In this document: piece after piece, positions 9,914 through 19,360 of the stretch
How positions within the stretch are numbered: the first letter of the stretch is position 1
Layout of the letters: each line of letters starts with the position of its first letter
IMG/VR virus record: IMGVR_UViG_3300022890_000451
Span: 1 to 36,245 of that record
DNA length: 36,245 nucleotides
Reading direction: 5' to 3' (one strand)
Origin: a virus
Lineage: Duplodnaviria; Caudoviricetes
Translations under genes and position numbers: made by a program
Notes under the pieces: generated by a model
Seen by the model: only the letters and a program-made list of their open reading frames with translations
Told to the model about the DNA's origin: nothing
The model's database searches: none

Positions 9914-10179
9914 TATATTTCCTCATTTAATATTTGTACTAGGTCTGCTCCTAGGCTTACTGCTTCATCTAATAGTTCTTGTGCTAAATCTTTCTTTATC
10001 TTGAGTTCATTGATTTGTCTAATCATTTCCTTCTTAGGTAGTTCTTTAATACCTTTTCTATTGCTCATGTGTTCTATGTTCTTTATTTGAGCTTCGCAAG
10101 TAGTGACCTCTTGTATTTTACGTCTTATATTAATACTCTCTTCACCTTTAGTTAATACACTTCCATTTAAAGTACTCAT
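9913..10179 (-). CDS. Charged coiled-coil protein (88 aa), possible chaperone
   Basis: AAGGAG RBS before ATG 10179; K/E/I/L-rich helical sequence. Confidence 0.6.
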   Translation of the reverse strand: MSTLNGSVLTKGEESINIRRKIQEVTTCEAQIKNIEHMSNRKGIKELPKKEMIRQINELKIKKDLAQELLDEAVSLGADLVQILNEEI

Positions 10180-10189
10180 ATATATCTCC

Positions 10190-10687
10190 TTAGGTAGTCC
10201 ATTGTATTCTAATTGCTCCCACACATACACAAGGCTTGGCAGCTAAATCATCTCCACCACTATCTGTCATACATAAGAAATTACCTTGTACATTGGCTCC
10301 ACCTACATTTTTATAGTATACTGTGGCAGGGGTTTCTGTTTTAGTTGGGTCATCTGATAGGCCCCAATACACTTTAGAATTACCAAAGTTTATTGCATAA
10401 AGGTATAAAGGTCTGTCTTCAGCCCAGTTTACTGTAGTAGTAATACCCCATGAGTTATCACCTAATTCATTAGTGTCTCCATGTGATATGGTTGCATTGG
10501 CTGTTACGTTTAATGTTTTAACTAGTCCTGCTGTAGTACTTGGTATACCTACTGAGCCATAATTAGAAGTACTTAAACTAGATCCATCTGCACGACATAT
10601 ATTGAAAGCTGTTGCTGTTTGGCTTATACCTATGTCTCTACATTCACCTAGTGATAGTAAAGTTTCTTCTCTTGGAAATATTGGCAT
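10190..10687 (-). CDS. Virion/tail-fibre-like protein, probable N-terminal half of a split gene
   Basis: AGGAG RBS; T/S/G/N-rich; ends abruptly at PCVCVGAIRIQWTT. Confidence 0.55.
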   Translation of the reverse strand: MPIFPREETLLSLGECRDIGISQTATAFNICRADGSSLSTSNYGSVGIPSTTAGLVKTLNVTANATISHGDTNELGDNSWGITTTVNWAEDRPLYLYAINFGNSKVYWGLSDDPTKTETPATVYYKNVGGANVQGNFLCMTDSGGDDLAAKPCVCVGAIRIQWTT

Positions 10688-10699
10688 TAGTTTCTCCTA

Positions 10700-12067
10700 T
10701 TATTGTATTTTATTCCATACTATTGAATATGGTAAAGCTCTATCTGCTGCTTCATCTACATCTTCTTCATATGTTACTTTAAAGTCATCTGTGACACCCA
10801 TGTTTAGATCTATATATACACCATCTAAGTCTGCTGTAGTCCATGATTCACTCATTACTTCACGATAGTTAGTACCATCTACTTTATAATATATTTTAAT
10901 TGTACCATTTTGAGTCATATTTACCATATCTAGCCATACTCCATATAATATCTTTCTGTCTGTTACTGTTAGTTCTACTACTGTTTGTTCTGATCCTGCA
11001 TCTGTATAACTAAATGTAGCCTTGTCTTCACCAGAACCTCCTAGAGCATCTACTGCTGTTTGTACAGCTGCAATGTCTGTACTGATGTCTGCACCTACTG
11101 GTGATCCAATAGTTGCTTCTAATGCACCATTATCTACTACTGCTTTAATGGCTCCAAGACCATCTGTAGCATTGTCTAAATCTGTTTGGATTCCATCTAC
11201 TACTGTGTCTACTGTGGTAAGGGCTGCTGCTTTAGCTACTGTACTGTCTAAGGCCATGTCTGTTGGAGCTGGGATTGCACTTAATCCTAGTCCTGCTACG
11301 CCTACGGTTGTAATTAGGCCATCTATTAGTGTATCTAGTGAGGTAATGCTACTTTCTAATGCGCCATTGTCTGCTACTGCTTTTATTGCAGCAATGTCTG
11401 CGCTAATGGATGCACCTACTGCGGATCCTATTTCTGCTGTATCTAATAGTATGTCATCTACTATTCCATCAATAGTTGTTACATCTCCTTGTACTGCATC
11501 TACTTTACCGTCTGTGACTGCGAAAGCTGCTGCAATTACTGAAGCATCTGCTGGATCAGTAGGGAGGTTGTCTGTACTTGTCTTAATGGAATCTACTACG
11601 GTATCTACTGTAGTTATTAAACCATCTGTTGTTACGAATGATGCTGCTACTACAGCTGCATCTGCTACGTTTGCTGGAAAAGTGTCTGTTTTAGCTTTAA
11701 TAGCATCTACTATGCTGTCTATTAGTCTTACTAATCCTACTAATGATGTTCCTGCTGATGTGTCTGACTTACTTCCTATTACATCACTCATTATTACATT
11801 GTCTGCTGAGTCTGCCGAAGGAGTGTCATGGAAAGCATCTATTACATCTATCTTGCCATCTGTTACAGCAAATGCAGATACTATTACTGAAGCATCTGCT
11901 GGATCTGTTGGTAGATTATCTGTAGAGGCCTTGATTCCATCGATTAGTAAATCTAACCTGCCTCCATCCTTTAGATCTCCTTGTATTTCATTAGTATCTT
12001 CTAATATTGAATCCACATTAGCATCTATAACCGTTAGTTCTAATGTATCTTTGCTTGTAAATGGCAT
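10700..12067 (-). CDS. Acidic fibrous virion protein with internal repeats
   Basis: D/A/T/V-rich heptad-like stalk, repeated STDNLPTDPADASVI..AFAVTDGK, C-terminal beta domain. Confidence 0.6.
   Translation of the reverse strand: MPFTSKDTLELTVIDANVDSILEDTNEIQGDLKDGGRLDLLIDGIKASTDNLPTDPADASVIVSAFAVTDGKIDVIDAFHDTPSADSADNVIMSDVIGSKSDTSAGTSLVGLVRLIDSIVDAIKAKTDTFPANVADAAVVAASFVTTDGLITTVDTVVDSIKTSTDNLPTDPADASVIAAAFAVTDGKVDAVQGDVTTIDGIVDDILLDTAEIGSAVGASISADIAAIKAVADNGALESSITSLDTLIDGLITTVGVAGLGLSAIPAPTDMALDSTVAKAAALTTVDTVVDGIQTDLDNATDGLGAIKAVVDNGALEATIGSPVGADISTDIAAVQTAVDALGGSGEDKATFSYTDAGSEQTVVELTVTDRKILYGVWLDMVNMTQNGTIKIYYKVDGTNYREVMSESWTTADLDGVYIDLNMGVTDDFKVTYEEDVDEAADRALPYSIVWNKIQ
11535..11905. 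repeat. Intragenic duplication
   Basis: ATTACTGAAGCATCTGCTGGATC identical at 11535-11557 and 11883-11905. Confidence 0.85.
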
Positions 12068-12096
12068 GGTATTAATCTCCTATTTATTAAATTGTA

Positions 12097-12534
12097 TTAG
12101 CCCCATTGAGGCTTTCTGTCTATAAAAGTTCTTGGTAATTGTGGTATAGCTGTTACGAAATGAGTTCTAAATATCTTTTCTGCTCTCTTATGGTCTACCA
12201 TTCTCATCTTAATTAGGTTCGATACTATAGCTCTCCATCCTCTCCAAAGGAATACTTCATCATTTGGAGCATGTCCTGTATCTATCATCTCATTTAATGT
12301 TTCTCTTCCTTGTTCTTCTATTATTTCATTAAAGTTTAATGCTGATACTGAATATTCAGGTACATGATTATGAGGTATTCCAAATAAGTATTGCATTATT
12401 CCTTTAGCTTCTCTTAGATACAGCCCTGCTGTGGGGTAGTCTTTAAATCCTGGTTTAGCTACTTGATGTTTTACATCTATGTATAGTCTAGGATTTAGTT
12501 TCTTTAATAAATATTGAAAGTCTGTAAATAGCAT
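12097..12534 (-). CDS. Hypothetical protein downstream of capsid gene
   Basis: 145 aa ORF with GAGGT RBS. Confidence 0.6.
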   Translation of the reverse strand: MLFTDFQYLLKKLNPRLYIDVKHQVAKPGFKDYPTAGLYLREAKGIMQYLFGIPHNHVPEYSVSALNFNEIIEEQGRETLNEMIDTGHAPNDEVFLWRGWRAIVSNLIKMRMVDHKRAEKIFRTHFVTAIPQLPRTFIDRKPQWG

Positions 12535-12546
12535 TTAATACCTCTA

Positions 12547-12574
12547 GGATAGGGAGGAGATCCCTCCCATACCC
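12547..12574 (-). terminator. Hairpin after major capsid gene (attenuator/processing site)
   Basis: GGGAGG-5 nt-CCTCCC stem at 12552-12568; no clear U-tract. Confidence 0.4.
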
Positions 12575-12581
12575 AAAAGCA

Positions 12582-13568
12582 TCAACCACCTGTGGCTGCA
12601 CCTCTAATCTGTACGCATAAGTCTGGTGATGCACCTTCGTCTGCATCTTCTGCCCAGGCTCCGCCTACATAGGCACTGCCGAACATCATTTTATAACCTA
12701 TTGAACCTCTTTGGTTTAATGGGTCTGCTGCTCCTGATGATCCTACTTCTTTATTGATGTATTCGATGAAATCTTTGTCTAAAGATGTGAATACAAAAGG
12801 ATCTTGGGCACATAGTAATCCTCTATATACATTTACACTACTACCATTTTCTACTGAGCTAATGTTGTTAGATTCGATTACTTTAGCACCGTAGGCTTTA
12901 CCTACTTCACCTTTTAATGGTTTTTCTTGCATACCTGCTACATACTTATTCAATTCGATGATACCACCTGCTGAAGTGTCTGACATCATATCCATAGCTA
13001 TTAGACTATGGACTACCATTGTATAGTATCCATCTTCTCTTTCAGGGGCATCTTGTCCTCTAAGAACACGTACGCCTTTAATTACATCTAGGGCTGTAAA
13101 TACTTCTGTAGCTGAAATGTCATCATCTACTGTATTACCTGCTCCTACATATTGGATGCTATTTGTAGCTCCTGCAATTAATACTGCTATAATTGTAGAA
13201 TCTACTGATTTAGCTGCTGCATAACCAAGTCTTTTGGAAATGTTTTCAACTACATCATCTATGGCTACTTTTGATATTACATCAGAGTGGCCTATCCATC
13301 TACCATATTGGGATAGTGTTATAGTAGTCTTATTGGTTGATATTTCACTTTCTGATGGTGTTACACCTTCTGTTATAGAATCGCTAGTATTATCTAAATT
13401 AGAGTACTGTAACACGTATGATTCTTTACCTGTTCTTTTAGGATGAAGTTTTTTCATTCCTAGTTGTGCTACTACTAGTTTCTTTTCGGCTGATTCTAAC
13501 AGAGTTTTAAAGTAAAAACTATGTAAGTTATCTGATAGTGTACTAGTATCTACATATGGAGTTGTCAT
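12582..13568 (-). CDS. Major capsid protein, N4-gp56-like
   Basis: P..TG......Y, ITEGVTP, L.QYG.W...SD, GEVG..YG..VIES, DPLNQRGSIGYK. Confidence 0.88.
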   Translation of the reverse strand: MTTPYVDTSTLSDNLHSFYFKTLLESAEKKLVVAQLGMKKLHPKRTGKESYVLQYSNLDNTSDSITEGVTPSESEISTNKTTITLSQYGRWIGHSDVISKVAIDDVVENISKRLGYAAAKSVDSTIIAVLIAGATNSIQYVGAGNTVDDDISATEVFTALDVIKGVRVLRGQDAPEREDGYYTMVVHSLIAMDMMSDTSAGGIIELNKYVAGMQEKPLKGEVGKAYGAKVIESNNISSVENGSSVNVYRGLLCAQDPFVFTSLDKDFIEYINKEVGSSGAADPLNQRGSIGYKMMFGSAYVGGAWAEDADEGASPDLCVQIRGAATGG

Positions 13569-13588
13569 TGTTTATTCCTCGTACAGCA

Positions 13589-14422
13589 TTAGTATTCTAG
13601 TTCACCACTTTTTAGTTTGGCTTTGATTTCTGATGCTGTTAGTTTGTCTACGTCTGATTTCTTACTTTCTTGATTGCCGGAGGATCCTTCGATCTTAGCT
13701 TTAGCTTTTTTACGCTGTAGCTTCTGGCCCTTAATGATTCCCTTTTGTTTAGCTTCGTCTGCTGCTTTCTTTGCTATTTCTGTAGCTTTTACACCTTTAG
13801 CTGCATAATGTAGAATGTCTAATAGACGAGGATCGTTATTCATACCATTAGCCTGTATCATGTCTCCATAATGGGTGGCTATCTGAGTCATTACTGGCTC
13901 TAGTTCAGCAAATTCAGGATCTTGCATACGTTGTTCGTATGCTCCTGCAAATTTCTCTGATTGGGCTACATTTCTATCCTTGTCTGTTTCTGATCTAACT
14001 ATGTTCTTAATAGCTTCTACAGGGTCTTTCTTTATCTCTTCAGCAAATCTAACTAATCTTTCATTTCTGTCTTCTGGGGATTCTCCCTTGCGGGGTGGGG
14101 CTGTTACCGCTGATCTTAGTTTCTGGATTTCACTACTTTGGGATCCTGTGAATGTTTCTAGTTCTCTGTAGGATTTAAGTAGATCTTCCTGAGTTTTGAT
14201 CCTTCCTGGTATGATCCAATCTTCATCTGGAGTTCCCTCATCAGAATCGTTGTCTGAGGCTCCCTCAAGTGTTCCCTCTTCATCAGAGGCACCTTCATCG
14301 TCTTGGGATTTCCCTTCGTCTTCATCGAGTTCATTGTCTAGTTCAAGATCTTCTTCATCGTTTTGATCTTCGTCAATGGCCTCTCTGAGTTCGTCTAGGG
14401 ACTTGTCCATTTCTTTGTCCAT
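13589..14422 (-). CDS. Scaffolding protein
   Basis: Highly acidic N-terminus, KT.EDLLKSY.ELE motif, basic C-terminus; directly upstream of the capsid gene. Confidence 0.75.
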   Translation of the reverse strand: MDKEMDKSLDELREAIDEDQNDEEDLELDNELDEDEGKSQDDEGASDEEGTLEGASDNDSDEGTPDEDWIIPGRIKTQEDLLKSYRELETFTGSQSSEIQKLRSAVTAPPRKGESPEDRNERLVRFAEEIKKDPVEAIKNIVRSETDKDRNVAQSEKFAGAYEQRMQDPEFAELEPVMTQIATHYGDMIQANGMNNDPRLLDILHYAAKGVKATEIAKKAADEAKQKGIIKGQKLQRKKAKAKIEGSSGNQESKKSDVDKLTASEIKAKLKSGELEY

Positions 14423-14444
14423 TTTGTTCTCCTTTTTTCAGTTA

Positions 14445-14744
14445 CTATATATCGTATTCTTTTTTTAATTGTTCATCTTCTAATATGTCTTGCATTTCTT
14501 CATATAGTTTTTCTTTAATACTTTTTGATGATTTTAGTATCATTATGACACTATCAAATGCTCTATAGCGTTCTTGGTATCTTACTATTTTATTGTAGTC
14601 CTTTTCTTGTAGTAATGCTTGAGTTACTATGTTTTTTACTCTTTCTAATTCACTTAGAAGGATGGGCCATCCATCATGTTGGGTTAGATTGTCTAAGAGG
14701 GTATATTTATTGGTTTCTTGGCTTTTAGATTCTATTTCACTCAT
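14445..14744 (-). CDS. Small helical protein between portal and scaffold
   Basis: L.QHDGW..L motif; position conserved in podoviruses. Confidence 0.6.
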   Translation of the reverse strand: MSEIESKSQETNKYTLLDNLTQHDGWPILLSELERVKNIVTQALLQEKDYNKIVRYQERYRAFDSVIMILKSSKSIKEKLYEEMQDILEDEQLKKEYDI

Positions 14745-16594
14745 TGTTGACCTCCTTTATCACCTTGTACTTGTTCAATGGGTACTACATTTACTGGTTG
14801 GCCTTTTTCGTCTAAGAGGTTACCTTGGCCATCGTCTATTACTGTAGTTGGACCTTCTGGGTTTAGGAATTTGTCTGGGTGTGGGTATCCTTTAAGTTTA
14901 AATGATTCTAATAAGAGTTCTCTGAAGTTTACTGTTCCTGGAACTACTCCTTCTACTTGGGCTATTGTTTGCATTAGGTATGCTAAGTCTTCTGATCTTT
15001 CTGCTCTGGTTGCTTTGATTGGGGATGATTCTGGTACAAAGTCTACATCTGATAAGAAGGATGTGTTGTCTAGTTCTCTGAATGGGTTACTCTCTGTATC
15101 TGATACTCTGTACTCTGTTTTAGATCCTTCTTCTGTTCCTATAAATTCTCTGTTGTACCAAAGGAGTATCCTGGCCAATGGTTTAATGAATGTGTACTGT
15201 AATAGTTTAGCCTTAATTACACTTCTTAATTGGCCTCTACTAGCTAAGTAAGATATGCCTGTTGCTGTTCTACCGAAAGCTGCTCCTACGTTAGATACAT
15301 CTTGTCTTGGGTTTAGTATTTCTGTAGTGGATTGGATGTCATAATCTATTCTAGCTAGTTCTTCTACGGAGGCTTGAGAAGCTCCTGAATGTTCTAGTTT
15401 CTCTATGGCTTCTTTATCATCGCATAGTACTATCTTATCTGGTGCTGTGTATAAATCTCTTAAATTTACACCTGAAGTACGTTCTACTAACCACATTGAG
15501 TGTAATGATATATTAGTTCTATCTAATCTAGCGTTTCTTAGTGCTGTAGATTCACTAATTAGTCCTTTAATGTGATTTAGTTCTCCGTAACCGTAGGATT
15601 CACCTTCTACTGGATAGTTGTATGACATTGTAAAGGGTTTGAATTTATATTTAAAAGGGTTGGGTTCTTTTCTTAGTAGTAGAGCATCATCTTCTCCTGT
15701 ATGTGCTACTGCTATTAATGCTGGTTCTTTACGACCTTTTCCTAGATTGTACATTCCCCACCATTCTATGATTTCCCATTTACCTTGATTTTTCTTATCT
15801 AGGTCTTTTCCTTGACCAAATAGTGCTACTCCTGCTTCTTTAGATACTTCTTTATCCGAATCATTCCTTATTACTGGTTTATTTGATTCTAGTTTGTTAT
15901 CTTTCTTACCTATCATCTTTTTAATCTTAGCATGTGCCATCTTGTAGTTATCATTATCTAAGAGTTCTTCTGGGGTTCTATATACCCTATGGGCTACCCA
16001 AGGCATCTTTTGTACATTGCAATGGTCTACTCCTTTAGGGATTATAAAGGAGAATAAGGAAATGTTATAGAATCTTGGACCATCGAATGTTACTCTATCT
16101 TGTATATATTCTTTAGGTTCTCCTGTTTCCATGTCAAATTCATATTCATCTGGTTCTAGTTCTATTTCTGTTGAATCTTCTTCCCAGTTAATCTTCATTA
16201 CGGCATTACCTAGTTTTCCTAGGTTACGGAAGTATTTTCTTGCTTCTGGGTAAAGTTCACCTATTTCTGTTTGCCATTGGGTGAAGTTTGTTATTTCTTC
16301 TGATGCTTCTAAGTCTTCTTTGTTTCTTCCTACGTACTTTATGTAAGGAGCTTCTCCTAATAGAAGTTCTGATAACTGGTCTACGAATGGTTCTATTTGT
16401 TGGAAAGCTATGGGTAGTTCTAGGTTGGCTCTGCCTCTAGGAGTGTTCTTTTTAGCTGCTCCTTTAGCATAGAGGTATTCGAAGGTGTTCCACTTCTTAT
16501 GGAGTGGTTTATAGAATTTTCTTGAGCTAGTTAATAGATCATCTACGTATTCTAAACACTCTTTATTCTTTATCTTTTTAGACTTTTTAGCCAT
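14741..16594 (-). CDS. Portal protein
   Basis: 617 aa; GNAVMKINW, P..GESYGYG, RN.RLD, RTATG; follows the terminase. Confidence 0.88.
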   Translation of the reverse strand: MAKKSKKIKNKECLEYVDDLLTSSRKFYKPLHKKWNTFEYLYAKGAAKKNTPRGRANLELPIAFQQIEPFVDQLSELLLGEAPYIKYVGRNKEDLEASEEITNFTQWQTEIGELYPEARKYFRNLGKLGNAVMKINWEEDSTEIELEPDEYEFDMETGEPKEYIQDRVTFDGPRFYNISLFSFIIPKGVDHCNVQKMPWVAHRVYRTPEELLDNDNYKMAHAKIKKMIGKKDNKLESNKPVIRNDSDKEVSKEAGVALFGQGKDLDKKNQGKWEIIEWWGMYNLGKGRKEPALIAVAHTGEDDALLLRKEPNPFKYKFKPFTMSYNYPVEGESYGYGELNHIKGLISESTALRNARLDRTNISLHSMWLVERTSGVNLRDLYTAPDKIVLCDDKEAIEKLEHSGASQASVEELARIDYDIQSTTEILNPRQDVSNVGAAFGRTATGISYLASRGQLRSVIKAKLLQYTFIKPLARILLWYNREFIGTEEGSKTEYRVSDTESNPFRELDNTSFLSDVDFVPESSPIKATRAERSEDLAYLMQTIAQVEGVVPGTVNFRELLLESFKLKGYPHPDKFLNPEGPTTVIDDGQGNLLDEKGQPVNVVPIEQVQGDKGGQQ

Positions 16595-16607
16595 AATTTA
16601 TTCCTAG

Positions 16608-17312
16608 TTATATTGGAAATCCTGTTGTGCTGTCGTATTCTCTTTCCATGTTGGTTTGGGATTGTTTATCGTATCTAGTTACTGATCTTAGTACTAGTAC
16701 TTGTTCCCAGGCTAATGCTAATGCCATTACTGTATCATCGTTGGCTACGCCTTTGGCTCCTATCTTGCCTGTCTTTTCATCTCTTACGAATGTACTTAGT
16801 TCTTTTATTGTTCTTTGGTCTTTGACTTTCAGTTCACCATCTCTTAGGGCTGCTTTTAAATTGGATATTAACTGGCCTTTATTGTTGCCTGTTCTGTATC
16901 CAATGATTTTAGTTTTCTTTTTAGTGTATTCGTTGTACTCAAACCTTTTATATAGATATGGGTATCTTAATGATGTAGAGTATGTTCCAGCTAGGTTTGT
17001 TATTACTGCACTACCTGTATTGTTACTTTCTATAATTACTCTTGCTTTGTTGTAATAGTAACCTGCTTTATATACTTCTGCTGCATAGTTATCTTCGTCT
17101 ATTTGGTTGGACCAGAAGTTAGCTACTACTACTCCTGTATCACAGTCTACTACTTGGGAACATGATGCATCTTTTCCTTTGCCTTCGGCTGTATCCACCC
17201 CTATAGCATAGGTATGTAGTTCTTTAGGTTGTTCCCAGATTCTCCAGCCATGGAAATCTTCATCATCGCCTTTAAATACTCTGGATTCAAATTTTATCTT
17301 TAATTTAGGCAT
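16608..17312 (-). CDS. terL: Terminase large subunit, C-terminal nuclease domain
   Basis: IWEQP....YAIGVDTAEG...DAS, IESNNTG, NDDTVMALALA. Confidence 0.88.
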   Translation of the reverse strand: MPKLKIKFESRVFKGDDEDFHGWRIWEQPKELHTYAIGVDTAEGKGKDASCSQVVDCDTGVVVANFWSNQIDEDNYAAEVYKAGYYYNKARVIIESNNTGSAVITNLAGTYSTSLRYPYLYKRFEYNEYTKKKTKIIGYRTGNNKGQLISNLKAALRDGELKVKDQRTIKELSTFVRDEKTGKIGAKGVANDDTVMALALAWEQVLVLRSVTRYDKQSQTNMEREYDSTTGFPI

Positions 17313-18339
17313 GGGCTGTTCTCAAGTCTCCTTTAAATGCTGGATCTGTACTGTTCATCCATAGGTTTCTTACTAGCTCTGCTGAGAATATTGATGATGC
17401 TCCTGATAAGAAGCATGTTACTGGATCTTCTGGGTATTTCTTTAAGAACTCTGCTTCTGAGTCTCCGGCTTCTGATATCTTTAATCTTCTAAATAGTATG
17501 TGATCTTCATCTAGGTCATTGATCTTCATTAAGTCATCTTCTTTATCTGTAAGTACAAATGTTTTAGGTCTTCTCATACAAGAAATATCTTCTTCTTCTG
17601 GATAGATCCACCACCAAGGAAAGAAGTGTCCTGTGAACATAGCTTTATCTGGGTTCTTTAGGAATGAGTCCCAATACTTAAAAAAGAGTCCTGATGCTCC
17701 GTCTGGAGTGGACTCTAATACGATGTGGCCTGATAGGGGGACTGATTCTATTGATTCTTGGATTCTCTTTTCTTGGACAAATGCTGCTTCTGCTATATGT
17801 AGGAAATCTAAGGTAAGTCCTTTAGTTTCAGTACATACCATTAGAAGAGAACCTGTTTCTGCTATTAGTAATTCAAAGGCATTATCAATAGAGTTATGTA
17901 CTGGGTAGAACTCACCCCAATCTTTTTGGAATTGGTTGAAAGCGTTTTTAGTTATTCTGAAGTACTTTTTAACGTTGGGTAGAACTTCTGCCATGATTGC
18001 AGCGTTCATGCCTAGTCCAAATAAGCATAAATCTAATGCCATTACACAAGATAGTGTCGTAGTACCACCTTGTCTCATTTTTAGGATTGAGTCTCTATGG
18101 GTTCTATGGTCGTAATAATAGTCTTGCATTTTGTTCATTCTAAATGATACATATCTTGATCTTTGCCCAGGGATTGCCCTTTTAGGTCTTACTTTATAGA
18201 GGTTATTTATACGTTCTTTAGCACCTAATTTTATCATGCCTTTTTCAAAGAAGTCTCTTAAAACTAGAACTGGCTCCTTTTTGGAAGCCATTTCATTTAG
18301 TTCTTTTAAGAATTTCTCGAATTTAGGTGTGTAAGACAA
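17305..18339 (-). CDS. terL: Terminase large subunit, N-terminal ATPase domain
   Basis: ILKMRQGGTTT (Walker A variant), LHIAEAAF (Walker B), LESTPDG, HFFPWW, YPEDP..CF.SG; TTG start after AAGGGG. Confidence 0.88.
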   Translation of the reverse strand: MSYTPKFEKFLKELNEMASKKEPVLVLRDFFEKGMIKLGAKERINNLYKVRPKRAIPGQRSRYVSFRMNKMQDYYYDHRTHRDSILKMRQGGTTTLSCVMALDLCLFGLGMNAAIMAEVLPNVKKYFRITKNAFNQFQKDWGEFYPVHNSIDNAFELLIAETGSLLMVCTETKGLTLDFLHIAEAAFVQEKRIQESIESVPLSGHIVLESTPDGASGLFFKYWDSFLKNPDKAMFTGHFFPWWWIYPEEEDISCMRRPKTFVLTDKEDDLMKINDLDEDHILFRRLKISEAGDSEAEFLKKYPEDPVTCFLSGASSIFSAELVRNLWMNSTDPAFKGDLRTAHA

Positions 18340-18358
18340 TATTATCCCCTTATATACA

Positions 18359-18589
18359 TTATATCATACTATCGGGTATATCTTCAATACTTTCTTCATT
18401 TATTTCATATATTTGGTAAGAATGTCCATCTTCTGTTAGATAGTCCATATTTAAGACTTCTTGGGCAATGAACTCATTAGATATGTAGTTATGGTCATAA
18501 CGTCTATTTATGGCGTTTATATAGTCTTGGATAGTGATAGGATTATCCTTTCCATTTAGGGACAGATAAATAGTTATTAGTTGTTCCAT
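18359..18589 (-). CDS. Hypothetical acidic protein between terS and terL
   Basis: 76 aa ORF filling the gap; overlaps the terS end, so the start is uncertain. Confidence 0.45.
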   Translation of the reverse strand: MEQLITIYLSLNGKDNPITIQDYINAINRRYDHNYISNEFIAQEVLNMDYLTEDGHSYQIYEINEESIEDIPDSMI

Positions 18590-18947
18590 TTCGTTTTCTC
18601 TCTGATTCGGTTAAAAACTCTGCTAGTTTAAGTATGTATTTACGTGCTTCTGCTCTTACTCGGGGGTCCTCATCCATTAGGTCTAATTCTGCTGTTTGCA
18701 TGGCTAGTTTCATTAATCCAGTATCTTTCATTGTGTCTAGCATGCCATCTTTTAATTCTTTTATTTTAGAATCTACTAAATCTTGGATTAGGGGTTTGGC
18801 CATGTTTTGAGTACCTATATTTCCAGCGTCTATTTTATTCTTAGCGTCATAAGATACCATAGCTGCTTTAGTAGCATTTCCACCATTTGCTACGTACTCA
18901 TCTACGAATTTGGATTGTTTTAAGGTGGGTTTTCTTTTCTTGGTCAT
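18543..18947 (-). CDS. terS: Terminase small subunit
   Basis: TLKQSKFVDEYV..GGNATKAA...Y HTH signature; upstream of terL. Confidence 0.85.
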   Translation of the reverse strand: MTKKRKPTLKQSKFVDEYVANGGNATKAAMVSYDAKNKIDAGNIGTQNMAKPLIQDLVDSKIKELKDGMLDTMKDTGLMKLAMQTAELDLMDEDPRVRAEARKYILKLAEFLTESERKRNGTTNNYLSVPKWKG

Positions 18948-18953
18948 ATCTAT

Positions 18954-18982
18954 ATTATATCACATATAAGGGGTATTATCAA
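18954..18982 (-). promoter_or_regulatory. Sigma70-type promoter of terS/late operon
   Basis: TTGATA-17 nt-TATAAT with TG extended -10; only 6 nt before the ATG. Confidence 0.65.
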
Positions 18983-19011
18983 CATTATTATAGTGGTGCT
19001 ACAGAATTGTA

Positions 19012-19040
19012 AAAATAGAAAATAGAAAAATAGAAAAATA
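19012..19040. repeat. Short tandem repeat (AAAATAG)x~4
   Basis: aaaatag aaaatag aaaaatag aaaaata. Confidence 0.7.
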
Positions 19041-19225
19041 TTTAACGGGTATCTGTGTGTATGTGCTAGGGGAGGTAGTATACACACTGTTACACTACAC
19101 AGAGTGGCCTTGTGGGTAAGGGGGGGTGGTTAGTATCTATTAGCATGTAATATACTTACTATTAGAGGTATATGCTATTAATACTATATGGTATTATTAT
19201 AGTATTGTTATATGATATACTGTAT

Positions 19226-19360
19226 TATTACCGTAGGTGTATATAGTATGTAATGTTATAATATATACATATGCATATATATACATATATACGCAGAGGT
19301 TTTGGGCAATGCAGACCCCACCCCGCTAATAATGCGCTGTAGCATACACCTACGGCAATA
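19226..19360. repeat. 17-bp inverted repeat with ~100-bp spacer
   Basis: TATTACCGTAGGTGTAT (19226-19242) and ATACACCTACGGCAATA (19344-19360), one mismatch. Confidence 0.8.

Noticed and set aside
9911-10195. Group I intron or T4 gene 60-like ribosomal hop explaining the split gene
   Set aside because: A U|...G| in-frame junction can be drawn, but the insert is purine-rich, fully coding and lacks recognisable P7/R/S core elements; no matched landing codon; the downstream half has its own RBS
11022-12125. 367-aa plus-strand ORF
   Set aside because: Antisense shadow of the repetitive fibre gene; no RBS, S/A/T/V low complexity
17300-17340. Canonical -1 slippery site joining the terL halves
   Set aside because: The needed shift is +1, no in-frame X XXY YYZ heptamer, and a TGA closes the second frame 9 nt before its ATG
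201-17908. Other plus-strand ORFs across the structural operon (201-485, 3410-3949, 6047-7831, 14778-15251, 16627-17055 etc.)
   Set aside because: They lie opposite well-supported minus-strand genes; codon-bias shadows
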